DNA from: Actinomycetes bacterium
GTDB taxonomy: Bacteria > Actinomycetota > Acidimicrobiia > Acidimicrobiales > RAAP-2
Direction of reading: 5' to 3'
DNA length: 64,000 nucleotides
Assembly (NCBI GenBank): GCA_021786095.1
Contig: JAJYNX010000098.1
Location: 448 to 64,447, forward strand
The position numbers were made by a program, and so were the translations under genes. Positions 38,380-48,255 of this stretch are shown here, one piece after another; position 1 is the first letter of the stretch, and every line of letters starts with the position of its first letter. The notes under the pieces are model-generated. The model was given only the letters and a program-made list of their open reading frames with translations, did not search any database and was not told the DNA's origin.

Positions 38380-39099
38380 ATGACAAGAGAGTCTCTCGTA
38401 GTGGCCACGCTCGTGGAGCTGGCCGACAACCTGGTGGTCGACTTCGACGTGATCGATCTGTTGATCCTGGTCAGCCGACGTTGCGTGGAGGTTCTCGACG
38501 TCGACGCGGCGGGCGTGATGCTGGCGGCACCGACCGGTGAGCTCCAATTCGTGGCCTCGTCGAGCGAGTCCATGAAGATTCTCGAGCTCTTCCAGATCCA
38601 GGCGGATGAGGGGCCGTGCGTCGACAGCTATCGCAGCGGTGAGACCGTCGCGAACCACGCGCTGAGTGACCCCGACGAGCGGTGGCCCCACTTCACGCCC
38701 CGGGCCCTGGCCCTCGGCTTCGCCGCTGTGCACAGCGTCCCCCTGCGGCTGCGCGGACGCACCATCGGCGCTCTCAATCTCTTCCGGCGCGAACCTGGGT
38801 GGCTGGACGAGACCGACGTCATGTACGCCCAGGGTCTGGCGGACATCGCGACCATCACGATCCTTCAGCACCAGACGGCGGTGGACGCGAGCCTGCTCAA
38901 CGACCAGCTGACCCGCGCCCTGGAGAGCCGCATCGTCATCGAGCAGGCCAAGGGCATGGTGGCCGCGGCGATGCGCTGCGACGTGGACCAGGCATTCGCG
39001 CGCCTGCGAACCCACGCTCGCAACCACAATCTGGGGCTGACTGCGGTGGCGCACTCCGTCGTGAGCGGCGCGGTGAGGGTCGACGAACTCGACTCGTGA
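38380..39099 (+). CDS. GAF-ANTAR domain protein
   Basis: DFDVIDLL, DEGPCVDSY, ALESRIVIEQAKG, AFARLRTHARNHN. Confidence 0.9.
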   Translation: MTRESLVVATLVELADNLVVDFDVIDLLILVSRRCVEVLDVDAAGVMLAAPTGELQFVASSSESMKILELFQIQADEGPCVDSYRSGETVANHALSDPDERWPHFTPRALALGFAAVHSVPLRLRGRTIGALNLFRREPGWLDETDVMYAQGLADIATITILQHQTAVDASLLNDQLTRALESRIVIEQAKGMVAAAMRCDVDQAFARLRTHARNHNLGLTAVAHSVVSGAVRVDELDS

Positions 39100-39304
39100 T
39101 CGGGGCGGTGGCCGCCGCGAGAACGTCCGCGCACTGACGCGCAACCGCCGCCGGTGAGGGGGAAATGGGTGTGAAGGGGGCGCCTGCGGTGCCGCTTCCT
39201 TGCCCCATATCTGCGGGGCGAAGCGTGGTAAAATACCGGTAGGACGTCAAGACCCCGCCTCCTTGTACTCGAACAGTGTGTTCGGGATCGTAGAGGGGGA
39301 TTGT

Positions 39305-39568
39305 ATGGGTTTACCAGGCATGGTTCTAAGTGTCATGGCGGCGGCAGCCGGTGCAGTAATGTACTGGGCAATAACCTATCAGGGTCACGGGTTTCGCCTG
39401 TCGACAGTGGGAATAATCCTGATGGTCTTTGGCGCCATTGGCTTCGTCATTTCGGCGATCGTGTTCGCGTCGTCACGTCGAGCAGTGGGGTCGGGGCATC
39501 ACACCCTCGATCGCCAGGTCACCGATTCGTCGGGACAGTCCAGCACGGTCCATGAAGACGTCAAGTAA
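39305..39568 (+). CDS. Small two-TM membrane protein (DUF6458-like)
   Basis: RBS GAGGGG; two hydrophobic helices, VGIILMVFGAIG. Confidence 0.7.
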   Translation: MGLPGMVLSVMAAAAGAVMYWAITYQGHGFRLSTVGIILMVFGAIGFVISAIVFASSRRAVGSGHHTLDRQVTDSSGQSSTVHEDVK

Positions 39569-39579
39569 TTACGCGAGGT

Positions 39580-39609
39580 GCGCGTCGTCGACGTTCGTCG
39601 GCGACGCGC
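39580..39609 (+). terminator. Hairpin after the small membrane protein gene
   Basis: GCGCGTCGTCGAC-gttc-GTCGGCGACGCGC, 13-bp stem with one G-U pair. Confidence 0.5.
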
Positions 39610-39661
39610 TGCGCGGCGTCGTGAGAGTGGCGCCGTGAGACTGTTGAGAAGGGCGCGTCAT

Positions 39662-39730
39662 ATGCGTATTCGAATGGGAACCATCGTGGTGATTCTGCTG
39701 CTGGTGATCATCTACCTGATGGTCCGATGA
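39662..39730 (+). CDS. Candidate 22-aa hydrophobic small protein
   Basis: MRIRMGTIVVILLLVIIYLMVR; purine-rich GAGAAGGG upstream; below the track length cutoff. Confidence 0.5.
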   Translation: MRIRMGTIVVILLLVIIYLMVR

Positions 39731-40232
39731 GCGGCGGCCCCTCGAGCGAGCCCCCTGCGGGGGGCCGCCACGCGGTCGGCGTGAGCGGGTCGTGGTCCGC
39801 GGTGACGGCTCGAGTCGCGGCGCTGCGAGCGCAGCTGGTGAGCCGCGCGGCGCTGTCGCGCCCGCCGGCGTCCGTTGGGGACGTGGGAGCCTCAGCGCAC
39901 GGACTCCCCGCTCGCGAGACGACCCGAGACGTCCACTCGCCCGCGGCCGCGTCGAGCCGCACGCCACGGCGCGAGGGTGGGACGAGCGACGACCTGCGCC
40001 ACGCGCCCACGCGCTACGCGGGCGGTGGCCGGTGGTCGAGCGGTGCCGTCGGGGCCCGCGAGCACGGTGCGGAGCGCTGACGTGTGGCGAGGACATCTGC
40101 CGGGACGCCGGTCGCTCGACGAACAGCGGTGGCGATCCATCGCCCGACGCGATCGCACCCGGGCGCTGAGCGACGTTCCGCGCTCCGAGATCGTGGTCGG
40201 CGCGACGCTGTCGCGCCCGTCGGCGCGGGTGC

Positions 40233-40628
40233 TCAGTCGACGTCGCTAGCTGATGCCCTCACGGCCTCGTGGTGGGCCACTTGGCCCCTCTCACGTTCGA
40301 TGAGCTCATCCTCGTTGGCGAGCTCGATGTGGACCAGATGGTCGTCGGCGCGGGGCGAGGTGCGTATCAACTCATCGAGCTTCAACTGGATGGCGATCTG
40401 CTGGCGGCTCTGCGTGTGCTGGATGACGAACAGCATCACCAGCGTGATCGACTCCGTCGCGACGGCGAACCCCGTCTCCCAACCGGCGCGATGTCCTACG
40501 ATCGCGAGGGTGACGAGGTAGATCGCTAGTGCCGCGGCGACGGTGGCCGTCGCTCCTGCGCGCGAGGTCACCTCGCCCACCCACTGGAGGACGCGGCTGA
40601 TGCGCCGCTGCAACGTTGATGTCTCCAT
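40233..40628 (-). CDS. Low-affinity iron permease (Fet4-like) family protein
   Basis: ITLVMLFVIQHTQSR...IQLKLDELIR. Confidence 0.85.
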   Translation of the reverse strand: METSTLQRRISRVLQWVGEVTSRAGATATVAAALAIYLVTLAIVGHRAGWETGFAVATESITLVMLFVIQHTQSRQQIAIQLKLDELIRTSPRADDHLVHIELANEDELIERERGQVAHHEAVRASASDVD

Positions 40629-40966
40629 GATCTCTCCTCGAGCGGCTGGTGGTCGTGCGCGCCGCGCCGACGTCGGCGTCGCGCGAACCTCGCGGACCTG
40701 TCAACACCGCCACGGCGACCTGCGCCGTGTCCCCGCGGCCCGGGCTGGGGTGGGTCGTCCCACCCCTCAACCTAGCGGCGCGACGCGGAGTCGAGTCGTT
40801 GCACCGGCGACGGGTGCGACGGGTGCGGAGCCGCGGTGACCCTTGGTCGGCGCGCGGACCGCACCCGCCACTCCGGTCGTTTTGCGGGGTGCTGGTAGGG
40901 TTTCTCGGGTGGAACATGGCTGTCCAGCGACGTCACCGACGCTCGCGACGGTGACGAAGGAGTGAC

Positions 40967-42163
40967 GTGAGGGTTCTGGTTCTTGGTGGTGACGGATTTT
41001 GCGGATGGCCCACGGCGCTGCACCTCTCGGACGTCGGGTGGGACGTCACGATCGTGGACAACCTGAGTCGACGGGCGATCGACCTCGAGCTCGAGGTGGA
41101 GTCGCTGACGCCGATTCGCCCCATCGGGGAGAGGATCCGCGTCTGGGAGGAGTTGAGCGGCCGGGAGATCGGCTACGTGCACCTCGACCTCGCCGAGGAG
41201 TACGACCGCTTCGAGACGCTGCTGCGGGACCTGCGCCCCGACGCCATCGTCCACTTCGGAGAGCAGCGCTCCGCCCCGTACTCGATGCGCAACATCCCGG
41301 CGAAGCGCTACACGGTCGACAACAACGTACGCGGGACGCACAACGTGCTGGCGGCCATCGTCGCTGCGGATCTCGACGTGGCGCTGGTGCACCTGGGGAC
41401 CATGGGGGTCTACGGCTACGGGTGGTCCGGTAGCGCGCCGATTCCCGAGGGCTACCTCACCGTGAAGGTCCCCACGCCCGACGGCGACATCGAGCGCGAG
41501 ATCCTCCACCCAGCGAATCCCGGCTCCGTCTACCACCTGACCAAGACGCTCGACCAACTGATGTTCACCTTCTACGCGGGCAACGACCGTCTGCGCATCA
41601 CGGACCTGCACCAGGGGATCGTGTGGGGCACCCAGACGCCTCAGACCGTGCGCGACGAGCGGCTGATCAATCGCTTCGACTACGACGGCGACTACGGCAC
41701 GGTGCTGAATCGCTTCTTGATGCAGGCGGCGATCGGCCACCCGCTGACGGTGCACGGCACCGGGGGCCAGACCCGCGCGTTCATCCACATCCGTGACACG
41801 GTTCGCTGCATCCAGATCGCCCTCGAGAACCCCCCGGCCCGGGGCGACAAGCCAATGGTGTTCAATCAGGTGACCGAGACCTACCGGGTTCGCGACCTGG
41901 CCCAGCTGGTGTCGGAGATGACGGGCGTGGAGATCGCGTACCTGCCCAATCCGCGCCGCGAGGCGGCGGAGAACGAGCTCAACGTGAGCCGCGATCGCTT
42001 CATGGCGCTCGGCCTGAATCCGACGACGCTGTCCGAGGGGCTGCTCGAAGAGGTGAGCGACATCGCGACGCGCTACCGCGACCGCGTCGACCCGACCAAG
42101 ATCATCGCCCGCTCGACCTGGCGCGAGGGGATGGAGACCTCACCTGACCTGATGAAGGGGTGA
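40967..42163 (+). CDS. sqdB: UDP-sulfoquinovose synthase
   Basis: LGGDGFCGWPTALHLS, HFGEQRSAPYSM, HLGTMGVYGY, YHLTK, TDLHQGIVWG, DYDGDYGTVLNRF. Confidence 0.95.
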   Translation: MRVLVLGGDGFCGWPTALHLSDVGWDVTIVDNLSRRAIDLELEVESLTPIRPIGERIRVWEELSGREIGYVHLDLAEEYDRFETLLRDLRPDAIVHFGEQRSAPYSMRNIPAKRYTVDNNVRGTHNVLAAIVAADLDVALVHLGTMGVYGYGWSGSAPIPEGYLTVKVPTPDGDIEREILHPANPGSVYHLTKTLDQLMFTFYAGNDRLRITDLHQGIVWGTQTPQTVRDERLINRFDYDGDYGTVLNRFLMQAAIGHPLTVHGTGGQTRAFIHIRDTVRCIQIALENPPARGDKPMVFNQVTETYRVRDLAQLVSEMTGVEIAYLPNPRREAAENELNVSRDRFMALGLNPTTLSEGLLEEVSDIATRYRDRVDPTKIIARSTWREGMETSPDLMKG

Positions 42164-42203
42164 GGTGGCGCGCCGGCGCGCCGGCGCGTGTGAGACTCGG
42201 CAC

Positions 42204-42680
42204 ATGTCGACCATCTACCAGTACATGCGCCACCCCCGCCACGCGGAGCTGCGGGCGGGACGGCCGGTCACCACCCGTGACCTGCGCAACCTGAATCACC
42301 CGAACCCGATCGTGCGCTTCAACGCGCGCGTCGGGCTCAAGGTCACGCTGATCGTGGGCACGATGTGGTGCGCCTACCTCTTCAGCGTGATCGCGCTCAT
42401 CGCCCTGCCCTCGGCCATCAAGCAGGGGATCTTCTTCGTCGTCGTGTGGATCTCGAGCAGCTTCCTGCAACTGGTCCTGCTGCCGATCATCATCGTCGGC
42501 CAGAACATCCAGGCGGCCACCGCCGACAAGCGTGCCGAGGACACCTACAAGGACGCCGAGGCCGTCCTGCGCGAGTCCGAGGAGATCCAGAACCACCTGC
42601 TCGCCCAGGACACGGCGATCGCCGAGATCATCGATCGGCTCGAGCGGTTCATGGGCCAGCCGGCGCCACCCAGTCCGTGA
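42204..42680 (+). CDS. DUF1003-like membrane protein
   Basis: VGTMWCAYLF, WISSSFLQLVLLPIIIVGQNIQA. Confidence 0.8.
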   Translation: MSTIYQYMRHPRHAELRAGRPVTTRDLRNLNHPNPIVRFNARVGLKVTLIVGTMWCAYLFSVIALIALPSAIKQGIFFVVVWISSSFLQLVLLPIIIVGQNIQAATADKRAEDTYKDAEAVLRESEEIQNHLLAQDTAIAEIIDRLERFMGQPAPPSP

Positions 42681-42701
42681 CGCCCTAGGGTGGCGTGGTG
42701 C

Positions 42702-42904
42702 GTGGCGAAGTCGAGGCGTGGTGACGTGGCGGTCGTGACGTGGCGGTCGTGACGGTCGTGACGTGGCTGTGGTTCGCCGCGGGCGCGGTTGACCCGATTG
42801 GCAGTGTGCATCGCGGCGTGCCCTTGCCGGCCGCGCGGGTGGTGGTGATCGCCGTGCCCGCCACGCTCCTGCTGGTGTTCGCCTGGCTGCGCCGACGATC
42901 CTGA
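42702..42904 (+). pseudogene. Small two-TM protein gene frameshifted by a 14-bp tandem duplication
   Basis: (GTGACGTGGCGGTC)2 at 42721-42748; removing one copy joins MAKSRRGD to VAVVTVVTWLWF...LLLVFAWLRRRS. Confidence 0.45.
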
Positions 42905-42908
42905 CGCC

Positions 42909-44117
42909 TCAGTCGCGGATCAGGTCCCGGGCGATCGCCACGACCTGCATCTCGTCGGTGCCGGCGTAGATGCGCAGGACTCGCGCGTCGCGGCTCAGCT
43001 GCTCGACGCGGTAGTCGGCGATGTAGCCGTTGCCACCGAGGACCTGGATGGCGTCATCGGCCACCTGGCAGGCCGCCTGCGCCGCGTAGAGCTTCATCGC
43101 CGAGGCCTCGGCGAGGGAGGGGGTCACGCCCGCGGCGGACCGCTCCAGGTGGGCGAAGACGAGGTGGCGCACGTTGATCCGAGCCACCTCCATCTGGGCG
43201 AGCTTCAGTTGCACCAGTTGGTAGCGCGCGATGGGTTGGCCCCACAGGACGCGCTCGGACGCGTAGGCGACGGCGATCCGCTGGCACTCCTCGATGATTC
43301 CCAGGGCCATAGCCGCCACACCGGCCCGTTCGGTGACGAAGGTGTCGCGTGCGCTGACCCGCCCGCCACCCGGAGCCGACTCCGACTCGCCGAGCAGCCG
43401 CTCGGGGCCCACGCGCACGTCGCGCAGGAAGACGTCGCCGGTGGGCGAGGAGTGCTGGCCCATCTTGCGCTGCGGGACGGACTGCTCGAGTCCCTCCAGG
43501 CCCCGGTCGAGCACGAAGGTGAGGACGCGCCGCTCACGCGGTTCCGTACCGTCGCCCTCGTCGAGCTTCGCGTACAGGACGATGACGTCGGCGAAGGGGC
43601 CGTTGGTGATCCAAGTCTTCTGCCCGTTGAGGACGTACCCGGTCCCGTCGCGCCGGGCAGTCGTGCGCATGCCCCCGAGGGCGTCGGACCCCGAGTCCGG
43701 CTCGGTGATCGCCCAGGCCCCGACGGCGTCGAGGGTCGCCAGGTCGCGGCCCCACCGCTCGATCTGGGCGGGGGTCCCCAGGCGCAGGACGGTGCCGGCG
43801 GCGAGTCCCGTGGACACGCCGAGCGAGGTCACCAGGCCCGGGCTCACCCGGCAGAGCTCGATGGTCGCCAGCACCTGTGCGGCGACGTCCCCCGGGCTGC
43901 TCTCGGTCCTCGGCTCGTCGGCGTCGCGAGCCAGTCGCCGGGCCACGCGTTCGCGCGCGAGCTCGTCGAGACCGAAGGTGCGGTAGAAGTCGCGCAGCAC
44001 GCCGTAGGGCGGGAGGTTGCCGTGCTCGAGGTCGTCCAGGACCGGGCGGATCCGCTCGTCGACGAAGCGCCGCACGGCCTGCGCGATCGCGCGGTGCTCG
44101 TCGGACCAGTCGTACAC
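42909..44117 (-). CDS. Acyl-CoA dehydrogenase
   Basis: AWAITEPDSGSD, LNGQKTWITNG, GGNGY...EQLSRDARVLRIYAGTDE. Confidence 0.95.
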   Translation of the reverse strand: MYDWSDEHRAIAQAVRRFVDERIRPVLDDLEHGNLPPYGVLRDFYRTFGLDELARERVARRLARDADEPRTESSPGDVAAQVLATIELCRVSPGLVTSLGVSTGLAAGTVLRLGTPAQIERWGRDLATLDAVGAWAITEPDSGSDALGGMRTTARRDGTGYVLNGQKTWITNGPFADVIVLYAKLDEGDGTEPRERRVLTFVLDRGLEGLEQSVPQRKMGQHSSPTGDVFLRDVRVGPERLLGESESAPGGGRVSARDTFVTERAGVAAMALGIIEECQRIAVAYASERVLWGQPIARYQLVQLKLAQMEVARINVRHLVFAHLERSAAGVTPSLAEASAMKLYAAQAACQVADDAIQVLGGNGYIADYRVEQLSRDARVLRIYAGTDEMQVVAIARDLIRD

Positions 44118-44118
44118 G

Positions 44119-44685
44119 CTAGGCGTCGTCGCCGACGCGTTTGAGGGTGTTGCGGTCGGTGTGCGCGATCGCGGTCGGCCATTTGCGGTGCTCGACGATC
44201 GTCGTCTCGTCGTAGGAGAAGGTGCCGTCGCCGATCGTGACGGACACGTCGTAGCGAGTGGTCTGAGCCACCGCGTCGAGGTACTGGTTGGAGAGGATGC
44301 CGTAGGTGTTCGATCCCAGCACGGCCCGCAGGTGGAACGAGGTGGCGTCGGGCTCGACCGTCGCCCCCGCGATGAGGGCGCTGGCGCGCGGGATGAGGAA
44401 GCAGCGCAGCAGCTGGTGGTCGCGGGCGTCCCACATCCAGTACCCGATCTCGGTGTGGAACGGGTTCGTCTCGTCGTTGCGCCAGGCGGCGGTGCGGTAG
44501 TCGAGGCCGTAGAGATGCTGCTCGCCGTTCTCGACCGGGCCGAAGGGGACGAAGCTCGTGCGCTCGCGAAAGATCGTCTCGTTGAGCTTGCCGTCGTCGT
44601 TGTGGTACGAGACGTCCACGCCGTCCCAGCCCGACTCCCACGTCCCGATCAGACCCGCGAGCGGACCCCACTCCTCGTGCGCCAC
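44119..44685 (-). CDS. FABP-like / nitrobindin heme-binding beta-barrel protein
   Basis: WGPLAGLIGTWE, FHTEIGYWMWD, C-terminal HTDRNTL. Confidence 0.85.
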   Translation of the reverse strand: MAHEEWGPLAGLIGTWESGWDGVDVSYHNDDGKLNETIFRERTSFVPFGPVENGEQHLYGLDYRTAAWRNDETNPFHTEIGYWMWDARDHQLLRCFLIPRASALIAGATVEPDATSFHLRAVLGSNTYGILSNQYLDAVAQTTRYDVSVTIGDGTFSYDETTIVEHRKWPTAIAHTDRNTLKRVGDDA

Positions 44686-44743
44686 GATTCCTCCTCGCGT
44701 TCGACTCGATCGATCCTAGGGCCCGCGCGGGGCGTGCTCGTGG

Positions 44744-45334
44744 TCAGCGTCGGTGGTCGAGCGCGCGGGCCACCGCGCACTCGTGATCGATCGCGAGGGC
44801 CACGGGGAGGAACGCCAGCCACGGCGCGCCGTGGTCGAGGGAGGCGAGCAGCGCCATCGCCAGCGCCTGGATCACCAGCAGCGGCCGGGCGGACGCGGCG
44901 TCGCGCTCGTGGGCCAGCGCGGCGCGCAGGGCCAGCGCGTTGAGACCCGGCGTGAGGGCGACGAGGTTCCAGTGACCGCGCAGGGCCCGCAGGGCGATCG
45001 CGTGGGCCGCCGTCCCCCAGGTCACCAGCGCGAGAGCGACGTCGAGCCCGACGAGGGCCGAGCTCGTCGTGAGTGGGTGAGCCGTGCCCGGCCAGTGGGC
45101 GAGGCTGTTGACGAGCAGGCCCAGCCCGGCGAAGGTCGCCGCGACGCCCGAGCGTCGTACCCGGTGTAGGGCCCGCTGCGCCTCCAGGGCCTCGATCGGT
45201 GAGGGCAACGCCGCCCTGGGCCCGTAGGGGCGGGTGAGCGCCGACCAGCGATCGCCGCTCCACACCCGCCATTGGCGCCCGCCCTGGGGGTCCGGGTACC
45301 AACCCGGAGGCGCGCTGGGCGGTTCGCGGGTCAC
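44744..45334 (-). CDS. DUF2510-domain membrane protein
   Basis: PPGWYPDPQGGRQWRVWSGDRWS followed by TM helices. Confidence 0.8.
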   Translation of the reverse strand: MTREPPSAPPGWYPDPQGGRQWRVWSGDRWSALTRPYGPRAALPSPIEALEAQRALHRVRRSGVAATFAGLGLLVNSLAHWPGTAHPLTTSSALVGLDVALALVTWGTAAHAIALRALRGHWNLVALTPGLNALALRAALAHERDAASARPLLVIQALAMALLASLDHGAPWLAFLPVALAIDHECAVARALDHRR

Positions 45335-45376
45335 GGCGCTAGTCTCCCATCACACGAGGGAGGTGCCGAGGTGGCG

Positions 45377-47119
45377 GTGACGCGAGGGGCGCAGGTCGTC
45401 GCGGGGGCTGGCGGGCCCGACGAGGTCGGTGCCGCCGAGCGCGAGCGCCTGGACGGGCTGTTGGCCGCGTTGGCGGACCGGGCGCCGGTGTGGGCGCGGG
45501 TCGACGCGGCGGCGCGTGCGACGCTGCTCGCGCGCGTGGTGCGCGACACGGCGGCCGTGGCCGAGGAGTGGAATGCCGCAGCCTGCGTCGCCAAGGGGTA
45601 CGAGGTGGACAGTCCCGAGGGTGGTGAGGAGCTCTTCAGTGGCGTGGGCACTCTGGTGACCCTGGCCCAGGCGCTGCGACGCTCCATGGAGGACCTCGCG
45701 ACCGTGGGCCGACCCCGCTACCCGGGACCGGTACGCCATCGCCCGGGCGGTCGCGTGTCGATCGGGGTGCTGCCGGCGAACGCCTTCGATCGGGTGCTCT
45801 ACGCCGGGATCAGCGCCGAGGTGTGGATGGAGCCGGGCGTAGACGAGGCGACCGTGCGCGCGACGCAGGCGGCGCTCTACCGTCACCCCCTCGAGGAGGC
45901 TGGCGTGGCCCTGGTGCTCGGGGCGGGCAACGTGGCGTCCCTGGGGCCGCGCGACGCCCTGCACAAGCTCTTCGCGGAGGGCCAGGTCGTGATCCTGAAG
46001 GCCAACCCCGTGAACGACTACCTGGTGCCCTACTGGGAGCGGGCCATGGCGGCGCTGGTGGAGGGCGGGTTCCTCGCGATCGTGCGCGGCGGTGCCGCGG
46101 TCGGCTCGTACCTCGCGACCCACGCGCTGGTCGACGAGATCCACGTCACCGGCTCGGACAAGACCCACGACGCGATCGTGTTCGGGCCGGGCGAGGCGGG
46201 GTCGGCGCGCAAGGCGCTGGACCAGCCCCGGATCGACAAGCCAGTCAGTTGCGAACTGGGCAACGTCTCGCCCGTCGTCGTCGTGCCCGGTGAGTGGTCG
46301 CGACGCGAGATCGAGTACCAGGCGCGCCACGTCGCGACCATGCTCGTCAACAACGCGGGCTTCAACTGCCTCACGCCGCGGGTGCTCGTGACCCACGCGC
46401 GCTGGCGTCAGCGCGAGGAGTTCCTGGACGCGCTGTCATCAGTCCTGGCGACGATCCCCACGCGGCGGGCCTACTACCCGGGTGCCGCCGACCGGCGGGC
46501 GATCTTTCTCGCGGCCCACCCCGACGCCTGGGAGATCGGCGACGGGGGCGAAGGGCGTATGGCCTGGACGATCGTGCGCGACGTGGATCCGACGGTCGTG
46601 GACGACGTGTGCCTCAACGTCGAGGCGTTCTGCGCCCTGACCAGCGAGACGGCCCTGGATGCGGCGGATCCCGCCGACTTCGTGGACCGCGCGGTCACCT
46701 TCTGCAACGAGGTCGTCTGGGGGTCGCTGTCGATGACCCTCCTCGCCGACCCGCGCTCGATGGCCGACCCGCGCACCGGCCCGGCCATCGAGCGGGCGAT
46801 CGCCGACCTGCGCTACGGATCGATCGGCGTGAACGTCTGGCACGCGCTCAGCTTCGTCGTCGCGACGACCGCGTGGGGGGCCTATCCGGGGCACGACCGC
46901 ACCGACATCCAGTCGGGGCGAGGAGTGGTTGGCAACGCGTTTCTCTTCGCCAATCCCCAGAAGTCGGTGGTGCGAGGACCGTTCGTGTCGCGACCCGACC
47001 CCGCCTGGTTCGCCACCAATCCCCGTGCCGCGACCGTGATGCGCGCGCTGCTGGCCTTCCAGGCCTCGCCGTCGTGGTGGCGCCTGCCCGTGCTGCTGGC
47101 GGCGGCGCTGCGGCCCTAG
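45377..47119 (+). CDS. Aldehyde dehydrogenase family protein
   Basis: LGAGNV, LKANPVN, IHVTGS, CELGNVSP, NAGFNCL. Confidence 0.88.
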   Translation: MTRGAQVVAGAGGPDEVGAAERERLDGLLAALADRAPVWARVDAAARATLLARVVRDTAAVAEEWNAAACVAKGYEVDSPEGGEELFSGVGTLVTLAQALRRSMEDLATVGRPRYPGPVRHRPGGRVSIGVLPANAFDRVLYAGISAEVWMEPGVDEATVRATQAALYRHPLEEAGVALVLGAGNVASLGPRDALHKLFAEGQVVILKANPVNDYLVPYWERAMAALVEGGFLAIVRGGAAVGSYLATHALVDEIHVTGSDKTHDAIVFGPGEAGSARKALDQPRIDKPVSCELGNVSPVVVVPGEWSRREIEYQARHVATMLVNNAGFNCLTPRVLVTHARWRQREEFLDALSSVLATIPTRRAYYPGAADRRAIFLAAHPDAWEIGDGGEGRMAWTIVRDVDPTVVDDVCLNVEAFCALTSETALDAADPADFVDRAVTFCNEVVWGSLSMTLLADPRSMADPRTGPAIERAIADLRYGSIGVNVWHALSFVVATTAWGAYPGHDRTDIQSGRGVVGNAFLFANPQKSVVRGPFVSRPDPAWFATNPRAATVMRALLAFQASPSWWRLPVLLAAALRP

Positions 47120-48156
47120 GTGCGCGCCAGGGCCACCAGGGTCGACGGGCCGACGGCCGTGCAGACGCCGGTTCCGCACGACAGAGCGATCAGCGTCGAA
47201 GGGACGTAGCGCAGCGCGACCGTCGTCACGCGCCGAGCGTTCACGCGGGCGAGCCATCCACCGTGGGCGGACGCGCCGGCGAGCACGCAGCGCTGCGCGC
47301 TCGCGCAACTCACGGCCGTCGCTGTCTCGGGCAGGATGGTCGTCGTCCAGGTGACCCCCGCGTCGCGCGAGCGCACGAGCGCGGATCCCTGGTCGGTCGT
47401 GGCGAGTCCGGCGCACAGCTGCGCCCGGCAGGTGAGCGAGGTGAGGCTCGACCACGTCGCCGGGGTGCTCAGTGGGGCCCAGGTGACCCCGGCGTCGGTG
47501 GTCGCCTCCACCCGTGCCGGGCGTCCCGGGGCCTCCCCGACCGCGAGACAGTCGGTGGCGCTGGTGCACGTGAGGGCGCTGATGGTGTCGCGCGCCGCCC
47601 AGCCCAGGGTCACGGGGCTCGACCACGTCACGCCGCCGTCGTGGCTGATGCTCAGGCGCGCGTGGCCGGCGGTGCTGGACGAGTCCACCATTGCACACGA
47701 CGACGAGGCGAAACAACTGAGCGCGACGACGCCCTGTCCCTGGGGCGGCGCGGCCAGGGCGCTCACGGTCGCGGTGCTCGCGTCGAAGCGCCACAGCAGG
47801 TCACCCGTGAGCTGGGACCCCCCGATCAGGCACTGATCGCTCGCGCACGACGACGCCGTGATCAGTGGTGAGTTGGCGCTCGGCACGACGAGAGCCCGCC
47901 ACCCGCCCGTGGCGGCACGGTACTCGCCCACCGTGGACACCGCCACGGCGGCCGAGGTCGCGCCGACGGCCACGCAGACGTTGTCGGTGGCGCAGGCCAC
48001 GGTGCGCAGCGGCACGCTCAGGCTCTCGGAGGGGACTCCCGTGACCGGGGGGGCGGCGACGTGTGCCACGCCGCACCCGGCGAGGGCGACGCCGGCGAGG
48101 GCGACGCCGGCGAGGGCGCCTCGGGATCGTCGGGCGCGTACGGTCACTGAGTTCAT
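47116..48156 (-). CDS. Cys-repeat beta-propeller-like lipoprotein
   Basis: Lipobox LAGC; seven xxC-x3/5-C repeats; SHDGGVTW, TTDAGVTW, SRDAGVTW Asp-boxes. Confidence 0.75.
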   Translation of the reverse strand: MNSVTVRARRSRGALAGVALAGVALAGCGVAHVAAPPVTGVPSESLSVPLRTVACATDNVCVAVGATSAAVAVSTVGEYRAATGGWRALVVPSANSPLITASSCASDQCLIGGSQLTGDLLWRFDASTATVSALAAPPQGQGVVALSCFASSSCAMVDSSSTAGHARLSISHDGGVTWSSPVTLGWAARDTISALTCTSATDCLAVGEAPGRPARVEATTDAGVTWAPLSTPATWSSLTSLTCRAQLCAGLATTDQGSALVRSRDAGVTWTTTILPETATAVSCASAQRCVLAGASAHGGWLARVNARRVTTVALRYVPSTLIALSCGTGVCTAVGPSTLVALART

Positions 48157-48255
48157 GAGGTCCTTGGGCGGCGTCGCCGGCGTCGGCGTCGTAGTGACGA
48201 TGTTAGTGACTCGCGTGTCGTGAACGGCGTCACCTGGTCGGCCTAGTGTCGGGCG

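Noticed and set aside
39727-40080. 117-aa ORF
   Set aside because: Low-complexity with no motif and several competing frames; cannot be supported
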